A stretch of DNA of 63,980 bases, filler included, from Olpidium bornovanus S191 (GCA_017911155.1; 27 parts of 27 records of this genome joined end to end with filler, not necessarily neighbours in it), one strand, 5' to 3'. Counted from the first letter of the whole stretch, positions 1 through 11,578 are shown. Notes: generated by a model not told the origin, from the sequence alone. Program-made: numbers and translations.

Positions 1-1
1 C

Positions 2-883
2 ATGATGCCCAATCCTGCGTACTGCGAACTTCAGAAGGACATTAACCACCGGATGAGGGATGTGCTGCTGGATTGGATGGTGGAGGTCCACCAGAGCTTC
101 AAGATGATCCCTGAGACGCTATACCTCGCGATCAACATCCTTGACCGCTACCTATCGCTGATACAGGTGCCGAGCAACACGCTGCAGCTGGCCGGAATCA
201 CAGCCCTCTTCATCGCCGCAAAGGTCGAAGAGATTGCCATCCCGGAAATAAAGGAGTTCGCCTACATGGCCGACAACGCCTATTCACTGGAGGAGATCCG
301 CCGGGCGGAGCGCCACGTGCTCCAGAAGATCAATTTCCGCCTGTCGTACCCGAATCCCATGAACTTCCTCCGGCGCATCTCAAAAGCAGACGACTACGAC
401 ACGTTATCGCGCACCGTCGGGAAGTATCTTTTGGAGATCGCCATCGTCGATCACAGGTTCATGGGGTTCGCCCCAAGTCTTATTGCTGCCGGCGCCATGT
501 ACCTCGCCCGTCACATTCTGAATAAAGGAATCTGGGTACGTCGCGTCGCTTACCTTACAAAGAGGAGACCGCCGCTCAATCTAACCCCATTCGTCGACAC
601 TTCCCAAATAACTGTCTTCTGTTGTTCGATTGCCCCTGCCCCTCCCCCCCCTTTTCCCCCCTTTCCCCCAACCCACCGCGTTCTCCCTTCGCAGGATGCC
701 ACGTTGGCACACTACGCCGGATACGACGAGGAGGATATTCTTCCCGTGGTGTCCCTCATGGTCGTTTACATCAGCGAGCCCATCCACGAGTCGCTTTACA
801 AGAAGTACGCCGGAAAGAAGTTTTCCAAGGTCAGCGTCAGGGTCCACGAGTGGTACCAGAGCCGCAAGAACGGTCGCCAGTGA
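2..883 (+). CDS. B-type (G2/mitotic) cyclin, 5' partial; intron 536-694
   Basis: Cyclin box MRDVLLDWMVEVHQSFKMIPETLYLAINILDRYL, LQLAGITALFIAAKVEE, YPNPMNFLRRISKADDYD. GTACGT..GCAG intron joins W to DATLAHYAGY. Confidence 0.95.
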   Translation: MMPNPAYCELQKDINHRMRDVLLDWMVEVHQSFKMIPETLYLAINILDRYLSLIQVPSNTLQLAGITALFIAAKVEEIAIPEIKEFAYMADNAYSLEEIRRAERHVLQKINFRLSYPNPMNFLRRISKADDYDTLSRTVGKYLLEIAIVDHRFMGFAPSLIAAGAMYLARHILNKGIWVRRVAYLTKRRPPLNLTPFVDTSQITVFCCSIAPAPPPPFPPFPPTHRVLPSQDATLAHYAGYDEEDILPVVSLMVVYISEPIHESLYKKYAGKKFSKVSVRVHEWYQSRKNGRQ

Positions 884-1478
884 CTTTTTTTCCGGGACAA
901 CGTGTTTTTGTTCATTTCGACTGAGAGAGCCCGCGACACGGACCACACACACTCACCCGCAAACGGCGCATTTTCGACTCGTGACTGCTCCATTTGTTGC
1001 CTAGTTTAAGCCTGCTTTGGTTCCCGCCCCTTTCCTGCGACGGCCCCCCACCCTCCCAGCCCCGCTTGTTCTCCTCCCTCTGTATGTTTCCTGCGCCCTA
1101 ATTATTGCTCGATCAGACCGTGGCTTTCCTGCATGTCCCAACCGAAAACGGATAAATTTTTGGAGGTTGGACGCGAGGGTCCAGGTGGGGTGATATCGCA
1201 CGTAAAAGAGAAATGGCCGACTTCGCGGCGGAGCCGACATCCCGCCGCCCGCCCGCCCTCGGGCCCAGCGAAGTAATCCCGAAAGGCCACCAAGCGAAGG
1301 CTTTACGCAGCCTTTCTTTTTTTCCGCCTCCCGTCCTTGTAATAACGGCAACAATTTACTGGGCGTAAACACGGAGGGGGCGGGGTTGGTTAGAGGGAAA
1401 AGTTGAAGATTTGTACGTGACTGTTTTACAAAGGGGAAGCAAACGCGAGGGCAGGGGGATAGTAAACAAAGCAGCATG

Positions 1479-1578
1479 NNNNNNNNNNNNNNNNNNNNNN
1501 NNNNNNNNNNNNNNNNNNNNNNTTAATTAATTAANNNNNNNNNNNNNNNNNNNNNNNNNNNNNNNNNNNNNNNNNNNN
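1479..1578. other. Artificial contig spacer (44 N + TTAATTAATTAA + 44 N); first of 26 such spacers (others start 4779, 5949, 7160, 8575, 11108, 13823, 15584, 17424, 18538, 27691, 29638, 32799, 34394, 37050, 39880, 41054, 42936, 44037, 45300, 48388, 50553, 52636, 57191, 58715, 61519)
   Basis: Same 100-nt cassette with stop codons in all six frames; genes are truncated at these points. Confidence 0.98.
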
Positions 1579-3329
1579 ATAGAATACGAAGGTATTTGGC
1601 AAGGTTACCGCCCTTCTGTGATGCAAACTGGGCCTGATGCCGTCTGGCTCGTGCGACTACCTCGGGAATGACCATTTTCCACAACGAAGGCCTCACATGT
1701 TGGTATTCAAACCCGGCAACGCAACCCTCGTCGCGCGAAGCGGGAAATTCGTGTCGGGATCTGCAAGAAATACAAACGGCTGCACTCGATCGTCGAGCAA
1801 CATCGATCCAATGGCAATAACCGAGTCTGCGGTGTGTGGATTGACAGTGTCGGCGCGCCCGAACTCGCCCGCGAAGCCAATGCGCCGTCAAGGTCCGCGC
1901 ACGTTGACGTCAAAGAACCATCACTTCCAGGCGGCGCGCTGCAGATGAGACCATTCGAATCCGAGCGCACAACGTCCGCCAAAAATTCAGCCGACATATC
2001 AACCAAGCCTTTTGGGAAGGCACGTTCCGGCTCTTCCGAGAAATGATTAAAGTGAGGGGGGAGACAGGAGATGTCATCGAAAGCGGAATTCGTCTGGCGT
2101 GGAGATGATTCAAATGTGAAACCGAAAGGAACGGAACAAACCCAAGCAGCCATGAGCCCGGTAAGCGTAGTGAAGGGGAATGCGCCAAAGGGGGAAAAGT
2201 GTAATGCATTCCGAGCACCGGCCCATGTGGGTCCCCTTGTACGCGCCTATTCGGAACCCTATCAAATTAGGGGGTGGGGAAGTAGACAACTACCGTGCAG
2301 CTCGGTGAACGAATTCTTTCCTTCAAAGCTGTCTCGTACGGCGCCTGCCTTCCTGTCTTCCTGCCGCGGCTTCGCAACATCCCCCGCTCTCGATCGCGCC
2401 CGCCTTTGCGTATTCCGGCCCGCGTGCACACCGCCTTTCCTCGTCCGCCGGTGGGGAGCGATCAGCCGCGATTCGAATGATGCACCGCCCGGCCCCGAGG
2501 TAGGCGCGGCGGGGCGAGGGCGGGCGGTGAACGCGCGGGCTCGCAACGTCGCGCGCGTGGAATTTTTTTTTTTGTGTGTTTTTTGTTTCTCCCCCGCGGA
2601 GGCCTCGGCGTATACGGTATATATTTCAGCGCGGGGATTGCCTGTCTTGGAGGGAAGGGAGGCAGAAGGCGGACGGATGGGACGGGTGTGCCTGTTTCGG
2701 CGAGTGCGCGCGCGCGGGGAGGCCGGGATGTTGCGGTGACGTTCGCGTCTCCAGGAAGAAGAAGGGGGTAAGGGGAGGTAGAGTGTTGCAACTCCTTTTA
2801 GAGCCCGGAAGGCAAATAATGATTGACATGGCCTCTTGGGATTTGATGCGCGCAAGCGGCCTAGTAAAGTCGTCGGCCGCATTCTCGGGCGGTCAGAATG
2901 CGACGGATCTCAACATCGCCTTCTGCCGCAGCATGCCGGACGTGGAAGAGCTGATGTCGTTTTTCGAATCGTCCGTCGCCTGCCAGCTCCTGCGCTCCGA
3001 AAATTGTCGATGCACAGTGGAGTCGGCTGGCTGATCAGCCCAGGCGCGATGTATGCGGCAATGTCACACAGCCATTTGATTTTTTAATTTGCAATGCTGG
3101 CGCGTCAATCGCCAGGTAACGAGAGCAGTGTCGAGCATGAGCCTGCCCTGCGTGCCGCCCTTGCAGGGCAGGGGTGACAGATTCAGTGAGTACCAGTACG
3201 AGCGAGTATCCGGCATACTCGAGCTCGGCAACATATGCGTCCACATTCGGCAGCATATGGAAGGAGACGAGTATGCAAGATTCACTCGTCAGCATGTATG
3301 AGACGTGCCGACTTCTTGAAGAGCTCTCA

Positions 3330-4000
3330 ATATTGAGGAGAGGGACGGCCTGATATACCATCAGGAACGACTACATACCAGACTGTGAGCTGCGACAACA
3401 ACTCATCGCCAGCGCTCACGACACGCACCATCCCGGTGCAGCACGTCTGACGGGCTCCCTATCCAAGAAGTACTTCTGGCCTAGTCTCGCAAAAGACTGC
3501 TGCGCCTGGTGCGCATCATACGATACCTGCCAGAGGTACAAGAAGGGAGGCTGTCAGCCAGGCATGCTATACCCGCTGCCTGTGCCAAAAGCAAGACTCA
3601 CAGACCTTGCTATGGCACGTTCGAGCCCCCGTATCCGTCACCAGGGTATGACAGCATACTGCTTGTCATAAGACCACCTTACGAAGCTCCCTGCGAGAAA
3701 GGACGATACCGCGATATCGCCAAGTGATTCCTAGAGGGCGTCGTCCGCTACCAGGGACTACCCGATCAAATAGTCACAGACCGCAGCGCAATCTGGACTT
3801 CCGATTTCTGGCGCGCCTTATGCCAGGACCTCGGCATAGAGCAACAGCTTGCCACAGCACGTCACCAACAGACGGACGGGCAAGCCGAGCGAGCTATTCG
3901 CATCATCAAGACAATGATCGCAAGCCGTATCGGATCCACTCCGAAGGATTGGCTCGCCGCTTTGCATACGCTTGAATTCCTACACAACTTGACGCTGTGC
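3330..4000 (+). mobile_element. Degenerate Ty3/gypsy integrase (HHCC zinc finger + DDE core), frameshifted
   Basis: Mixed-frame translation: AHDTHHPGAARL..KYFWPSLAKD..CASYDTCQRYK; GVVRYQGLPDQIVTDRSAIWTSDFWRALCQDLGIEQQLATARHQQTDGQAERAIRIIK. Confidence 0.9.
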
Positions 4001-4259
4001 TGTGGCACGGCCCTCGAACCGCCCGTCGGCCGACGCCACGGAAGGCGGCGGGCGAGAGACGGGGGCGGGATCGAGGGGAAGACGGCCCCCGAACCCGGGG
4101 GCCGGCCAATAGAATAATCCCCCTCGAAGCCTGCCAATCGAGGAGCTTTCCCCCCTTCGCCCCCCCTCGCCAATCGAACAGCTTTCCCCCTTTCCCCCAG
4201 CACTCCACGTGGGAACCCCCGCCAACCACCTTCCCCCCCCCCCCCCCCCCGCCCCACCC

Positions 4260-4294
<35 letters not shown>

Positions 4295-4296
4295 GG

Positions 4297-4333
<37 letters not shown>

Positions 4334-4377
4334 GTAGACGAGACAGCCCCCGCACGCAACCGTGCAAGAGCTAAGAG

Positions 4378-4669
4378 CCCCGCGTGGTAACCGCGACCGC
4401 GCGGGAAGGGACCGGACGCACCACGTCAACAGACGCGACGTCGAAGAACGGCTTTGCCGTCGACCTGCCTTCCGCTCGACGTCGACGAGCATAAATAGCG
4501 CCCCTTCCGCTCCGTAGCTCAACTTCAAACACGGCCTTTTCCTTTTACTTCTGATCGGCTTTGATCTTAAACTGTACTGTCAGCCCTTGTCACCTTACCT
4601 GTAGCACTGTCACAGACCTGACGAGGAGAGGAATAGACGCTTAACCTTGCCGCAGTACATGGTAGCAAT
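4378..4669 (+). mobile_element. LTR-like repeat (family shared with 11338-11578) ending ..GTACA(4659), followed by a putative PBS TGGTAGCA
   Basis: Alignable by eye with 11338-11578 (gccgtcg.cctgcct..cgctcga..cga.g.gcataaatagcgccc; gtcacctta.c.gtagc..gacctgacg). TATA-like CATAAATA. CA|TGG junction is typical of an LTR/PBS boundary. Confidence 0.6.
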
Positions 4670-4681
4670 GCCTCTTCGACA

Positions 4682-4778
4682 ATGACCCGTAACCCGACCT
4701 CTCCCGTTGCCCCCGCCGCAGGACTGACCATCCTGCAGACAAAGGCGGACTACCAGCTGGCGATCCGTCAGCTGGCGG
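4682..4778 (+). mobile_element. Putative gag N-terminus (MTRNPTSPVAPAAGLTILQTKADYQLAIRQL), truncated by contig end
   Basis: Lies just after the putative PBS; a homologous copy is at 7264-7398. Confidence 0.5.
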
Positions 4779-5750
4779 NNNNNNNNNNNNNNNNNNNNNN
4801 NNNNNNNNNNNNNNNNNNNNNNTTAATTAATTAANNNNNNNNNNNNNNNNNNNNNNNNNNNNNNNNNNNNNNNNNNNNCATGGGCGAAAAGTTTGTCGCC
4901 ACCCGGCGCCTCGCCCCCCTCATTCGCGGTTTCCTGCGGGATCAACGAGATAGCCGTTCGCGGAGTAGGAATTTTACTTTAGACGGACCTGAGTCGCGCA
5001 CCCGCGGGTCAAAGTTGCGGTGGCGTTTGGTTGCTTTGCTTCCATTGACGGATGTGGTCACGTGACTCCAGGCTTGTCGTAGAACCAGCTCCACCCCCCC
5101 CTCCCCCACCCAAAAAAAAGTTTGGCGGCTTATCGACTGTTTAAGGATGATGATGCGCAGGGCGCGTGCACACCCGAAAGCGAAGACGGCCGTTCCAGAC
5201 GAAGATCTTAACGCGCGACTGCACGAGAAACACGCCGACAGGCCAGCACCAATCGCGGCTGCGTATTACCGTTAGGCAACTTCGGCGCACATTGCTTGAC
5301 ACGCAGGAGACCCCGGTGCTGTTCCAGTGACAAGCAGATGGGCTGAGAATGAAGGCACCGCCGTGCGGGCGACCACCGCACGTGCCACGGGGCGGGAAAT
5401 GGACGCGGACTCGGGCCGCGCTGACGCCGAACAAGTTGCCTTTGCTCCCCCCCCCCGACTCGGCCCCTAAATAGCAGTGCAAACCCCCAGCGTTTTTTGT
5501 TGCGCGAGCGGTGCATTGCGACGGCAAGTCACCAGTGTTTCACCCTTGTGGCAAAGTGCATCGGCATTAAATTGACTCCGGGGCTGCGGGGGGAAGTCGT
5601 GCAGTTGCAGCGGGCCGCGGCGAATAACACGGTTCCACCTGTGATCGAGCGCGCGACCCGGCGCCGGTTTTTAGAGGAGGCGTGCACCCCGGACGTCTCG
5701 CCGATTCCGACCCCATTTGCAGGCGTTGCCCGCGGCGGCCGCGGCAACGG

Positions 5751-5782
<32 letters not shown>

Positions 5783-5815
5783 CGGGGGGGGGGGGGGGCG
5801 GCGGCGGGGGGGCGG

Positions 5816-5873
<58 letters not shown>

Positions 5874-6048
5874 GGGGGGGGGGGGGGGGGGGCGCGGGGG
5901 GGGGGGGGGGGGGGGGGGGGGGGCGAGGGCAAGGGGGAAGCCCTTCAANNNNNNNNNNNNNNNNNNNNNNNNNNNNNNNNNNNNNNNNNNNNTTAATTAA
6001 TTAANNNNNNNNNNNNNNNNNNNNNNNNNNNNNNNNNNNNNNNNNNNN

Positions 6049-6818
6049 CATGGCCTTTTCTGCAAGGGCGGAACAGGGATCGAACATATAACAACAATCG
6101 TGCGGAAGTTTTCTCCTGCAGTAAGGAAAGAGCTGATGACTTTCGATCCGGCTCCGCAAACCAAAAAATAACCAGCCGACACACGAACGGCACGTCCGTG
6201 TCCCGGCCCACGCACCGGCTTGCGACGCGAGCATATTTGCGATGCCCATTCGACGTTGGCTTCGCAGGACCGAAATTGACGTGATGTGTCCGTGCGGCTC
6301 ATCCTCCGGCTCGTCTTCCCTGTTCGGCGGCAAAAGCGCGAGGCCCCCCGGGCGGAAGCGCCCTGTTATCCCCTGCATAAGCCGCCTTTGGTGGCAGCGT
6401 CTCCTTGCCGCAACACCGCCCGCTTCCGCTTCCGCACAAGCCCGCCCCGTACATTTTTGCCAGCACGTATCCGACGATATGGCCTCTCTCGTCTTCTGCT
6501 ATCCAGGATAGCTGGGGCCAAGATAGCGCATGGTACAAGTCTGGGGAACAAAAGCGGCACGACAGGCGACCTCGGTCAACACGTTTCTATGCTTGGACTA
6601 GCAACACACCCCCCTCCCCTTCCTCCTCCCCTTCCTCCTCCTCTTCCCCTGCATGCTCGGCTGAAGAACCGGGAGCACACCCCCCAGTTCCCCCTTCCCG
6701 CCTTCCCGCCCGCGCGCGACCACCGGTTCCCGTCCTCCAACAACGCACAGTATTTCATTTGATAGTTTTCCGGAAGATTCAGCAAGTTGCAGTTCTGCAT
6801 GTACAACAGATCGCGGAC
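6049..6818 (-). CDS. NAA10: N-alpha-acetyltransferase 10 (NatA catalytic subunit), multi-exon, partial
   Basis: Spliced exons [21 protein letters not shown]|[30 protein letters not shown]|[27 protein letters not shown]|EKAM with GT-AG introns. Confidence 0.95.
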
Positions 6819-7263
6819 CTGCAAGAAGCATGATGACCGGCCGGCGGTAGACACGTCAGAAGGAACGGCCTCGAGGAGGCGGGGGGCGAAGACACGCCGT
6901 CGCACCAGACGCCCGGAGGGGAGCGGAAAACCCGAGCTTGCGTGGAAACCTGGAGGGCAAGCGTGGGGGACTGCGCATCGGACAAAGTGGAGAGCAGACA
7001 GCGCGCGCCCCCCCCCCCCCCCCCCCCCCGCCGCTCTCCCCGCCACGGAAAAGGTTGCAACCAGCCGGACAGACCAGACTCACTGCGCGCCTGCCTGCCT
7101 GCCTGCCCTCTCCCTCTCTCTCTCTGTCTCTGTCTCTCTCTGCCCGCTCTCTCTCGCCGNNNNNNNNNNNNNNNNNNNNNNNNNNNNNNNNNNNNNNNNN
7201 NNNTTAATTAATTAANNNNNNNNNNNNNNNNNNNNNNNNNNNNNNNNNNNNNNNNNNNNAAGC

Positions 7264-7398
7264 ATGACCCGTAACCTGACTTCTCCCATCGCCTCCGCCG
7301 CAGGACCGACCCTCCTGCAGACAGAGGCGGACTACCAGTTGGCGATCCGTCAGCTGGAGGCCCGCCTGGCGGAGGTGACCGCGCTTTTGGAAAAATAG
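7264..7398 (+). mobile_element. Second copy of the gag-like N-terminus (MTRNLTSPIASAAGPTLLQTEADYQLAIRQLEARLAEVTALLEK*)
   Basis: Clear nucleotide and peptide similarity to 4682-4778. Confidence 0.55.
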
Positions 7399-7443
7399 GT
7401 GGGCAGTTAGGGACAGGCAGCGCCGGGCCTTGTGGAAAGTCGT

Positions 7444-7804
7444 TGTTCCAACTTTTGCACTCGAAACTCCAAAACCCAGCCTCTAAATTTCAGTTCTCGC
7501 GAACATTTTCTCCGTCTCCCTTTCTCTTTCCCTCTCCTACTCGTTCTGGGGTACGTTCGCTCTATGACTCTAGCGTTACTCGAGGACGCGTTCGTTCTAT
7601 TCCGCAAGAGTTTTCGCCGCGCGTGGGCGTTTGGGGGTGGGGTGTTCCCGAAATTTTTGGAGGGCGGGGCGGGAGAAGAAAATTCTTTGGGGGGGGGGGA
7701 ACCATACGCATCTCGAATCACAACGCGTAATCTTTCTTTTTCCGCAGCCTCACGTTCAGCCCAATCTTTTATCGGTAGTCGCCTTGAGCTTCCGCTTCAC
7801 AACA
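7444..7804 (-). mobile_element. Candidate 3' LTR (361 bp, TGTT..AACA termini) of a minus-strand gypsy element, preceded on the minus strand by a G-rich PPT-like tract
   Basis: Termini TGTT(7444)/AACA(7804). The right edge coincides with the start of homology to 28545 onward. The minus strand reads GGGGGGGGCGGC|TGT. Confidence 0.45.
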
Positions 7805-7975
7805 GCCGCCCCCCCCCGGGACTGACGAGCTTGTTTCGGCAGTCAAGGTGTATCACGTGGCCGACAGCTTTTTTAGTTTTTAACGAATCGGATTTGGCTC
7901 CACCAACGCCACTCGCTCCACACCGTTACCGCACCGCTTCAGTTTCCCTCGCGTCCACCCGTCCACCCAGCCACG

Positions 7976-8574
7976 ATGTCGTCCTCTGCATCCGCTGCTC
8001 CTGCGCCCGCTCCGGTCTCGTTCGCCGGGAGACGTCTCGACGCCAACACCCGTCGGATCTACACGGCCTTCTGGGCGCACCGGTTGCGCGATTCCCGCAG
8101 CTTGCTTGCTGCCGCGGCTGCGTGCGTCGCCGATCGCCCAACACCGGAACGTCAATGCCTATTACGCGGACGCATGATTCGCTTTATCCATTACGCGTGG
8201 AGGTTTCGCGCAGTCCACGAGGACGGAAGCACCGAAGCATGCGTTGCTCTTCTCCCGTTAGTCCCGATCTTTCCTTCGTAATGCAACTCTACTTTGGCAA
8301 ATAACCCCGCGTTCGATTCCTTGCAGACTTCGCCGTTCCATGATCGAGGCGTTCCTTCAGGTCATGAATTGGCCAGCCACCTTTTGGCTGCCCGCGGATC
8401 CCCGCGATCTGGAGTTCCTGTTCTTGCCGTCAGACACGCAATACTGTGGTCCTGGTGGTCCTGAGGATCGCGACTATGATCCGCGTCCCGCCCCCGTCGC
8501 TGATGACAGTTATATTCAAGTCCGCGTTCTCATGCGCTCGGTTTCTCCGCCACAACCGGACGCCGAACTCCCCG
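7976..8574 (+). CDS. Spliced gene of unknown function carried by a dispersed repeat, copy 1 (exon 1 7976-8256, intron 8257-8326, exon 2 8327 to contig end)
   Basis: GTTAGT..TTGCAG 70-nt phase-2 intron restores frame (..ALLP|LRRSMIEAFLQVMNW..). Homologous copy at 28712-29561 with many synonymous differences. Confidence 0.75.
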
Positions 8575-8674
8575 NNNNNNNNNNNNNNNNNNNNNNNNNN
8601 NNNNNNNNNNNNNNNNNNTTAATTAATTAANNNNNNNNNNNNNNNNNNNNNNNNNNNNNNNNNNNNNNNNNNNN

Positions 8675-8850
8675 CATGAAGGCAGCATTAGAAATGACGG
8701 ATCTTGGAAAGGCCAGGTTTGCTCTTGGAATGCGAATCACCAGAGACCAGAATAACAAGACCCTCTGGATGGACCAAGAAAAGAACGCAGCAGATATCTT
8801 GAAGCGATTCAACATAAACGAATCAAAACCGGCAACTATACCATTACGTC
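8675..8850 (+). mobile_element. Ty1/copia reverse transcriptase remnant
   Basis: MTDLGKARFALGMRITRDQNNKTLWMDQEKNAADILKRFNINESKPATIPL matches the copia RT thumb region. Confidence 0.85.
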
Positions 8851-10544
8851 CTTGGGTCTGTTTTGTTCCCGGAAGCAGGTGGGTGTTCGTGGCGGAACAG
8901 CACGGCAAGCTTCGGTTTTGGCGGCAGAGAAAGGGATGGAAACAAGCCTCAATCGAGGAAGATAGAAGAGAATGTTAATCCTCTCAAGGAACTGTCAGAT
9001 GGTCCTTGGGCCCTTACTCTCACGCGGGCGCGGAACTTTGAATGCAGTCTCTTCTTGGTTGGTTTGGGTTGGGGTACGGAAAGAGTACGGAATACAGGAA
9101 AGGACGGGGTTGCATGCAACATGGGGGGCGGACCTGGCACAATAGGCGAGGTTGCCTGCGAAACTTGCCGAACGCATTATTATTCTTGCGTCCCGGAAAA
9201 CCAAGCTTGGCAAAGCGGATTACCGAGCACATGGGAGCGTGCACACGAGCGCATGGAACGGATGGGCACAACCCAGGGGTTGGCGCAAACCGGGAACACA
9301 GGCGATCCACCTAAGGACCAACCGATTACGGAGCGGCGCGAACCCTTCCATGTGCAACATGGTGGCCGTGTTCTCTCTTCCCTTACGCGGTCTCAGCCAG
9401 TGCGCCAATAGTGTAGGCAGCCTGCTCGGCCTCATCGCCGGGAGCCTCTCCTTTGCTCCGATTTCTCCGTCTGCCTGTGCTCGTTCTTCGGTTTGCGGCT
9501 CCGAGAGGCCTTTGTAATTCCCGGCCAAGGTCCTCGCGACACGAACTCCTGTCAGCCGAAGGCCCTTGCCTGCGGCCTCCTCTTGCGGCCAAGCCGTCCC
9601 AAATTGCAGGCGCTTTCCTTGCCCAGGACGCCCGAATTTTTTTTTTGTTCTCCTGTGAAGGGCGGGCTTCCCCCCAACAAACTCAAGAGCACATGTCGCT
9701 GTCCAGCACCTTTCTCGCGCGCAGCAAGAGCACAAACATACACTGCCAAGATAGATGAGAGTTAACGTTTCAAGCCCCGCGGCGGGTCGATTGCAACCAT
9801 TATCTCTACCGAAATGGGACTACAATAAGTAAACGTCGATTCGACAATACCATTAAGATGTGCCGAAATTGATCCTGGGGGGAGGGGGGGGGGGGTCCCA
9901 GACTTCAGCCAAGGTACCAGGGAAGGATTTCGGGGATTCCATACGCTCCTGCTTTGTTCCAAACCTCCGCGCGATTGATAATTTTCCCCGACAGCAGTGT
10001 GCGATCCACTGGTGAGTTACCTTTTCCTGGCCCGCCAAAACATCCCCGCCCCCACGCCATCCCACACGCCGGGCACTGTTCCGTAAAAAAAAAAAAAAAA
10101 AAAAAAAGAGCGGGAATTCTGTTTGGCTCTCCAGTTTGAGATTTGCCGGTCCAAATGTGAATTCCTTGACCTTCCCTTCTCCCCCCAAACCCTATTTTAC
10201 CCTCTTCCGGCGTGCCTTGTCGGAGATTCCTGTTCAAAAAGTTCCGACTTCCGGTGTGGCGTGGCGCGATGTTGGAAACGGGTCGGGCAAGGTGTAGATT
10301 CTAAACCCCGAGTCGAAGGGCTAATGATTGGGGCGCAGCCAGGCGGCCCAGATTTCATCGCAGATAAAGTCCGAACGCCCAACCCCCATCTTCTCCTAAA
10401 ACAGCCTTTTGCGAAGGAAACAAATCGCCCGGCAAATCCTTATTTTCTACGCTTTATTGCAAAGAGAACTGTTTGGCTCTTACCCTTTTCTTTTTTTTTT
10501 TTTTTTTTTTTTGCCCCACGCACCCCTCGACGAAAAAAAAACAA

Positions 10545-11107
10545 ATGTCGAACCCCAATATCGCCCCAATCATAAAGGCGGCGCACTCGCCGTCGTCGGA
10601 GTGGCACCTGCACGTCCTGGTGCCCTGGGCCGAAGTCAGCAAGGTCACCGCACCGCTCCCGGATGCCCAGCACGACCGCCTCGAGAACGGGACGGAGATC
10701 GTCTCGGAGTGGGGTGTCAAGGCGATCGAGACGCTCAAATCCGCTTTGGAACCTTTTAAGGCCGAAGTGGTCGTGTTCCACCGCATTTTTCTCGGGAAAG
10801 AGGACGAAGTGTTAGACCGCATACCCACAGACGACAACAGGGTCGTCGTCCTCAACCTCGTCGACGGAGGGGTGGGTCCAGACAGACTAGACTTTCCATT
10901 CGCAAAAATCCCTCTCTCTGTTCGGAAAAGAGGGGGAAAAAAAACAAAACGCACGGCGTTTCGCCGGAATCAAATTTTTGTTTAAAATGAATTCGAATTG
11001 AACGTCATTAACCCGGACACCCGACAGGAAACTGACGGATGGCCGGGGGCGTCCGTCATCCGCGGAATCGAGAGGAGGGGGCTTGCGTACACCGGAAGTT
11101 GCGCATG
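10545..11107 (+). CDS. D-Ala-D-Ala-ligase-like ATP-grasp protein, N-terminal part (exon 1 10545-10871, exon 2 from 11028), 3' partial
   Basis: Spliced VVVLNLVDGG|ETDGWPGASVIRGIERRGLAYTGSC resembles the Ddl-family N-domain motif (FNL..G..GEDG...LE..GIPYTGS). GTGGGT..ACAG intron. Confidence 0.6.
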
Positions 11108-11207
11108 NNNNNNNNNNNNNNNNNNNNNNNNNNNNNNNNNNNNNNNNNNNNTTAATTAATTAANNNNNNNNNNNNNNNNNNNNNNNNNNNNNNNNNNNNN
11201 NNNNNNN

Positions 11208-11578
11208 AGCCTTGTCACCTCCTACCGAGTCCGCTAAATCATTTCGCTCTACGCTCGCCGATATCGCGAAGTTCGACGGGACCGGAGGTGCTAGCCAACT
11301 ACGCTCCTTCATTAGCAAACTCGACATGAACACCGAACCCCGCGTGGGGACCACGACAGCGCCGGAGAGGAACATCGTCCGCGCCCGCGGACGAAGGGAC
11401 GGATTCTGCCGTCGTCCTGCCTCGCCGCTCGATCGACGGGCATAAATAGCGCCCTCCCCGTTCCGTAGCTCCGTTCCACACAGACTCCACAGACTCGAAC
11501 CAACCGGGAAAACACCTTTCTCTCCCAGAACTCGTTAGCCTCGTCACCTTAACCGTAGCTCCAGCGCGGACCTGACGT
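11208..11578 (+). mobile_element. Retrotransposon gag-like fragment (LADIAKFDGTGGASQLRSFISKL) fused to a second copy of the 4378-4622 LTR-like repeat
   Basis: KFDG-type gag motif; nucleotide similarity of 11338-11578 to 4378-4622. Confidence 0.55.

Noticed and set aside
1523-1534. TTAATTAATTAA recurring between N runs as a biological repeat or CRISPR-like array
   Set aside because: Invariant synthetic six-frame-stop linker used to concatenate contigs.
1579-1900. Minus-strand peptide ending QKGGNLAKYLRIL as a protein kinase fragment
   Set aside because: Only a weak resemblance to subdomain V; no other kinase motifs are visible.
5750-5925. Poly-Gly/poly-Pro ORFs from long G or C runs (also 4230-4330, 18446-18537, 45232-45282, 50457-50552)
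   Set aside because: Homopolymers, mostly at contig ends; likely sequencing or assembly artefacts or non-coding tracts, with no codon structure.
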